Shown here: piece after piece, positions 62,284 through 64,000 of the stretch
Layout of the letters: each line of letters begins with the position of its first letter
Position numbering within the stretch: the first letter of the stretch is position 1
NCBI GenBank assembly: GCA_031385155.1
Contig: JANNBF010000085.1
Span: 25,949-89,948 of the forward strand
Direction of reading: 5' to 3'
Length of the DNA stretch: 64,000 nucleotides
From: Rhizobacter sp.
Lineage (GTDB): Bacteria; Pseudomonadota; Gammaproteobacteria; Burkholderiales; Burkholderiaceae_C
Position numbers and translations under genes: made by a program
The notes under the pieces: model-generated
What the model was told of the DNA's origin: nothing
Seen by the model: the letters and a program-made list of their open reading frames with translations, nothing else
The model's database searches: none

Positions 62284-62512
62284 ACGTCGTCGGCCGATAT
62301 CCGGGCTGGCGGATGTCCCTCGTGTGTCCTTCCCACGGGCCTTTGGAGCCTGCAGTGAACTGCTGTACACGAGGCGAAGGGTCTGGTCTCCCAGGCTCTT
62401 CATCCGCTTACCGTTGCGGGGGCAGCTCAGGTTGGAGAGGTTCCGGTGGAACGCCTCTTCCTGATTCCCGTTTAACTGCAGCGGCGCAATGACGCTGCGA
62501 GCACCAACGAAG
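62284..62512 (-). ncRNA. cobalamin riboswitch
   Basis: Minus strand contains GGTGCTC...GTTAAACGGGAATCAGG...CTGCCCCCGCAACGGTAA...CACTG...GGGAAGG...AGCCCGGATATCGGCC (B12 box), directly upstream of the cob operon. Confidence 0.93.
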
Positions 62513-62750
62513 CGTGCATCATGCCAGACGACTTGCCGGACGCAAGCTCGGCGACAGCACCGCGTGCCGGTGCGAGTTCGAGCCACGCACGCGCCGGCCG
62601 CGCCATGGCAGCGCCCGGTAGCACCGCGCTCGGTAGGACAAGGACGACACCACTTTGCGGCGTTCGCGGCACCGCATTTCGATTGCGAGTCGTAACACTT
62701 GCAGCGTGTGCACATCGCCCCCCCGCTTCAGCCCAAGCCAGCCCGTTGAT

Positions 62751-62795
62751 GCCACACCGGCCGCACCGGCCACACCGGCCGCATCGGCCGCATCG
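62751..62795 (+). repeat. 9-bp tandem repeat (GCCRCAYCG)x5 just before the ECF sigma ATG
   Basis: gccacaccg gccgcaccg gccacaccg gccgcatcg gccgcatcg, then ATG. Confidence 0.85.
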
Positions 62796-63416
62796 ATGGC
62801 GTTCGACATCGGCGAGTTGTTGACTGCCGTGGGCAACGGCAACCGCGCAGCGTTCAAGCAGGTCTACGAGTTGACGAGCGCGCGGTTACTCGGGGTGGTG
62901 CTGCGTGTGAACGCGCACCGGGGCGAAGCCGAAGAGGTGCTGCAGGAGGTGTATGTGTCGGTCTGGCACCTTGCCGGGCAGTACCGGCAGGTGCGTGGCG
63001 ACGCGCTGGCCTGGCTCGTCAGCGTGGCGCGCAACCGCGCCATCGACAGCGTGCGGCTGCGCCAGCGGCGCCCGCAAGCTGCGTGGGCGGGCGCCAGTGA
63101 CGAGAGCGCCGACGACAACGCCGATGGCCCCTATGACGGGCTGGCCTGTGGGCTCCCCGGGCCCCACGAACAGTGCTGCGCGACGGCGGATGCAGCGATG
63201 CTCTCGGCCTGCCTCGGCGGCCTGAGCGCGCCGCAGCGCCACAGCCTCGTGCTGGCCTACTGCGAAGGCCTGAGCCACGCCGAGATCGCCCAGCGCATGG
63301 GCCGCCCGGTGGGCAGCGTCAAGAGCTGGGTGCGGCGCGGGCTGATCGAACTGCGTGGACGCTTCGATGCGCACGCCGCGAACCGCGCCATCGACTCGCC
63401 AAGGCGAGCCGCCTAG
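62796..63416 (+). CDS. ECF sigma-70 factor (SigK/RpoE-like)
   Basis: Region 2 AEEVLQEVYVSVW...WLVSVARNRAID; region 4 LAYCEGLSHAEIAQRMGRPVGSVKSWVRRGL; start may be further upstream. Confidence 0.9.
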   Translation: MAFDIGELLTAVGNGNRAAFKQVYELTSARLLGVVLRVNAHRGEAEEVLQEVYVSVWHLAGQYRQVRGDALAWLVSVARNRAIDSVRLRQRRPQAAWAGASDESADDNADGPYDGLACGLPGPHEQCCATADAAMLSACLGGLSAPQRHSLVLAYCEGLSHAEIAQRMGRPVGSVKSWVRRGLIELRGRFDAHAANRAIDSPRRAA

Positions 63417-63784
63417 GCCGCAATGCGCACGCGCGCCGCGATGGCACGCGCCTCAGCTTCATAGGGGTTGCGCCAGTAGCCGCGCCTTGATGCCCACACG
63501 TAGCGCAAGAGCGTCATGCCCTGCATGAATTGCTGCACATGCACGAGCTCGTGAGCCAGCAGCTCGACCCCGGCTTCCGAACCGGCGCGGTACGCACCGG
63601 GGCGCAGGTAGACCATGCAGCCGAGTGTCACGCCGCACATGCCGGGGTGCAGCCAAAGCGGTACGCGGCCATCGACCACGCGCGCCTTCTTCAGCACCTC
63701 ATCGGTGAAGTGCGATGCGAGGCGCGCATGCTCGGCCGGCGTCAACGCACGGGCTTGAACGCGCGGCCGGGAACGCACGCTCAT
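63413..63784 (-). CDS. DUF4157-like HExxH metallopeptidase domain protein
   Basis: GVTLG...LLAHELVHVQQF...YWRNPYEAEAR. Confidence 0.75.
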   Translation of the reverse strand: MSVRSRPRVQARALTPAEHARLASHFTDEVLKKARVVDGRVPLWLHPGMCGVTLGCMVYLRPGAYRAGSEAGVELLAHELVHVQQFMQGMTLLRYVWASRRGYWRNPYEAEARAIAARVRIAA

Positions 63785-64000
63785 GGGCACGCCGCCATCA
63801 CCTGCGCAACCGCAGCCGTGAGCTTCTTCGCGTAGGGCACGTGCAGGAACTCGTTCGGGCCGTGGGCGTTGCTCTTCGGGCCGAGCACGCCGCAGACCAT
63901 CATCTGCGCGGCCGGGAAGCCCTTTTGCAACATGCTCATCAGCGGGATCGTGCCGCCCTGGCCGATGTAGCCGCAGGGCGCATCGAACTGCGCATGTGAT
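63781..64000 (-). CDS. M20/M25/M40 family metallopeptidase, C-terminal part only
   Basis: Hand translation: GYIGQGGTIPLMSML...GVLGPKSNAHGPNEFLH...VMAACP-stop; 5' part lies outside the window. Confidence 0.85.
   Translation of the reverse strand, partial: SHAQFDAPCGYIGQGGTIPLMSMLQKGFPAAQMMVCGVLGPKSNAHGPNEFLHVPYAKKLTAAVAQVMAACP

Overview
High-GC betaproteobacterial chromosome segment, most like Burkholderiales of the Rubrivivax/Piscinibacter type (inferred from gene order and protein style). Left to right it carries: an edge-truncated TIR-domain gene that is absent from the ORF track; assorted metabolic and envelope genes (DUF4397 lipoprotein, NRAMP, glycine-zipper protein, an internally deleted globin, msrB, acuI, prpE); and a dpp/opp-type peptide ABC plus amidase operon that is interrupted at most of its junctions (by a palindromic CGCAGAG element, a LysR/epimerase/PEP-CTERM block, a SnoaL gene, and a cassette-like gene plus toxin-antitoxin debris). 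Next come a Tat-signal ATP-dependent DNA ligase, the core block leuS-lptE-holA, a vapBC pair, ghrA-pncC-pgpA-thiL, maeB, an RNase Sa-like/barstar pair, rsmA-surA-lptD, amgK, LysR/DUF4148, an ABC exporter and an FAD oxidoreductase. The right part is a ~15 kb cobalamin-riboswitch-controlled early-cobalt-insertion B12 operon containing a CobA-BluB fusion, followed by an orphan ECF sigma factor, a DUF4157 gene and a truncated M20 peptidase. The most intriguing signal is at the barstar 3' end. A pyrimidine slippery tract is followed by a 14-bp hairpin that buries the stop codon, and by an open, coding-like -1 frame ending in ...WLNAA. This suggests a programmed frameshift that appends an ssrA-like degron to the RNase inhibitor. 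No rRNA, tRNA, CRISPR array or transposase was seen. All calls come from motif recognition by eye; no searches were run.
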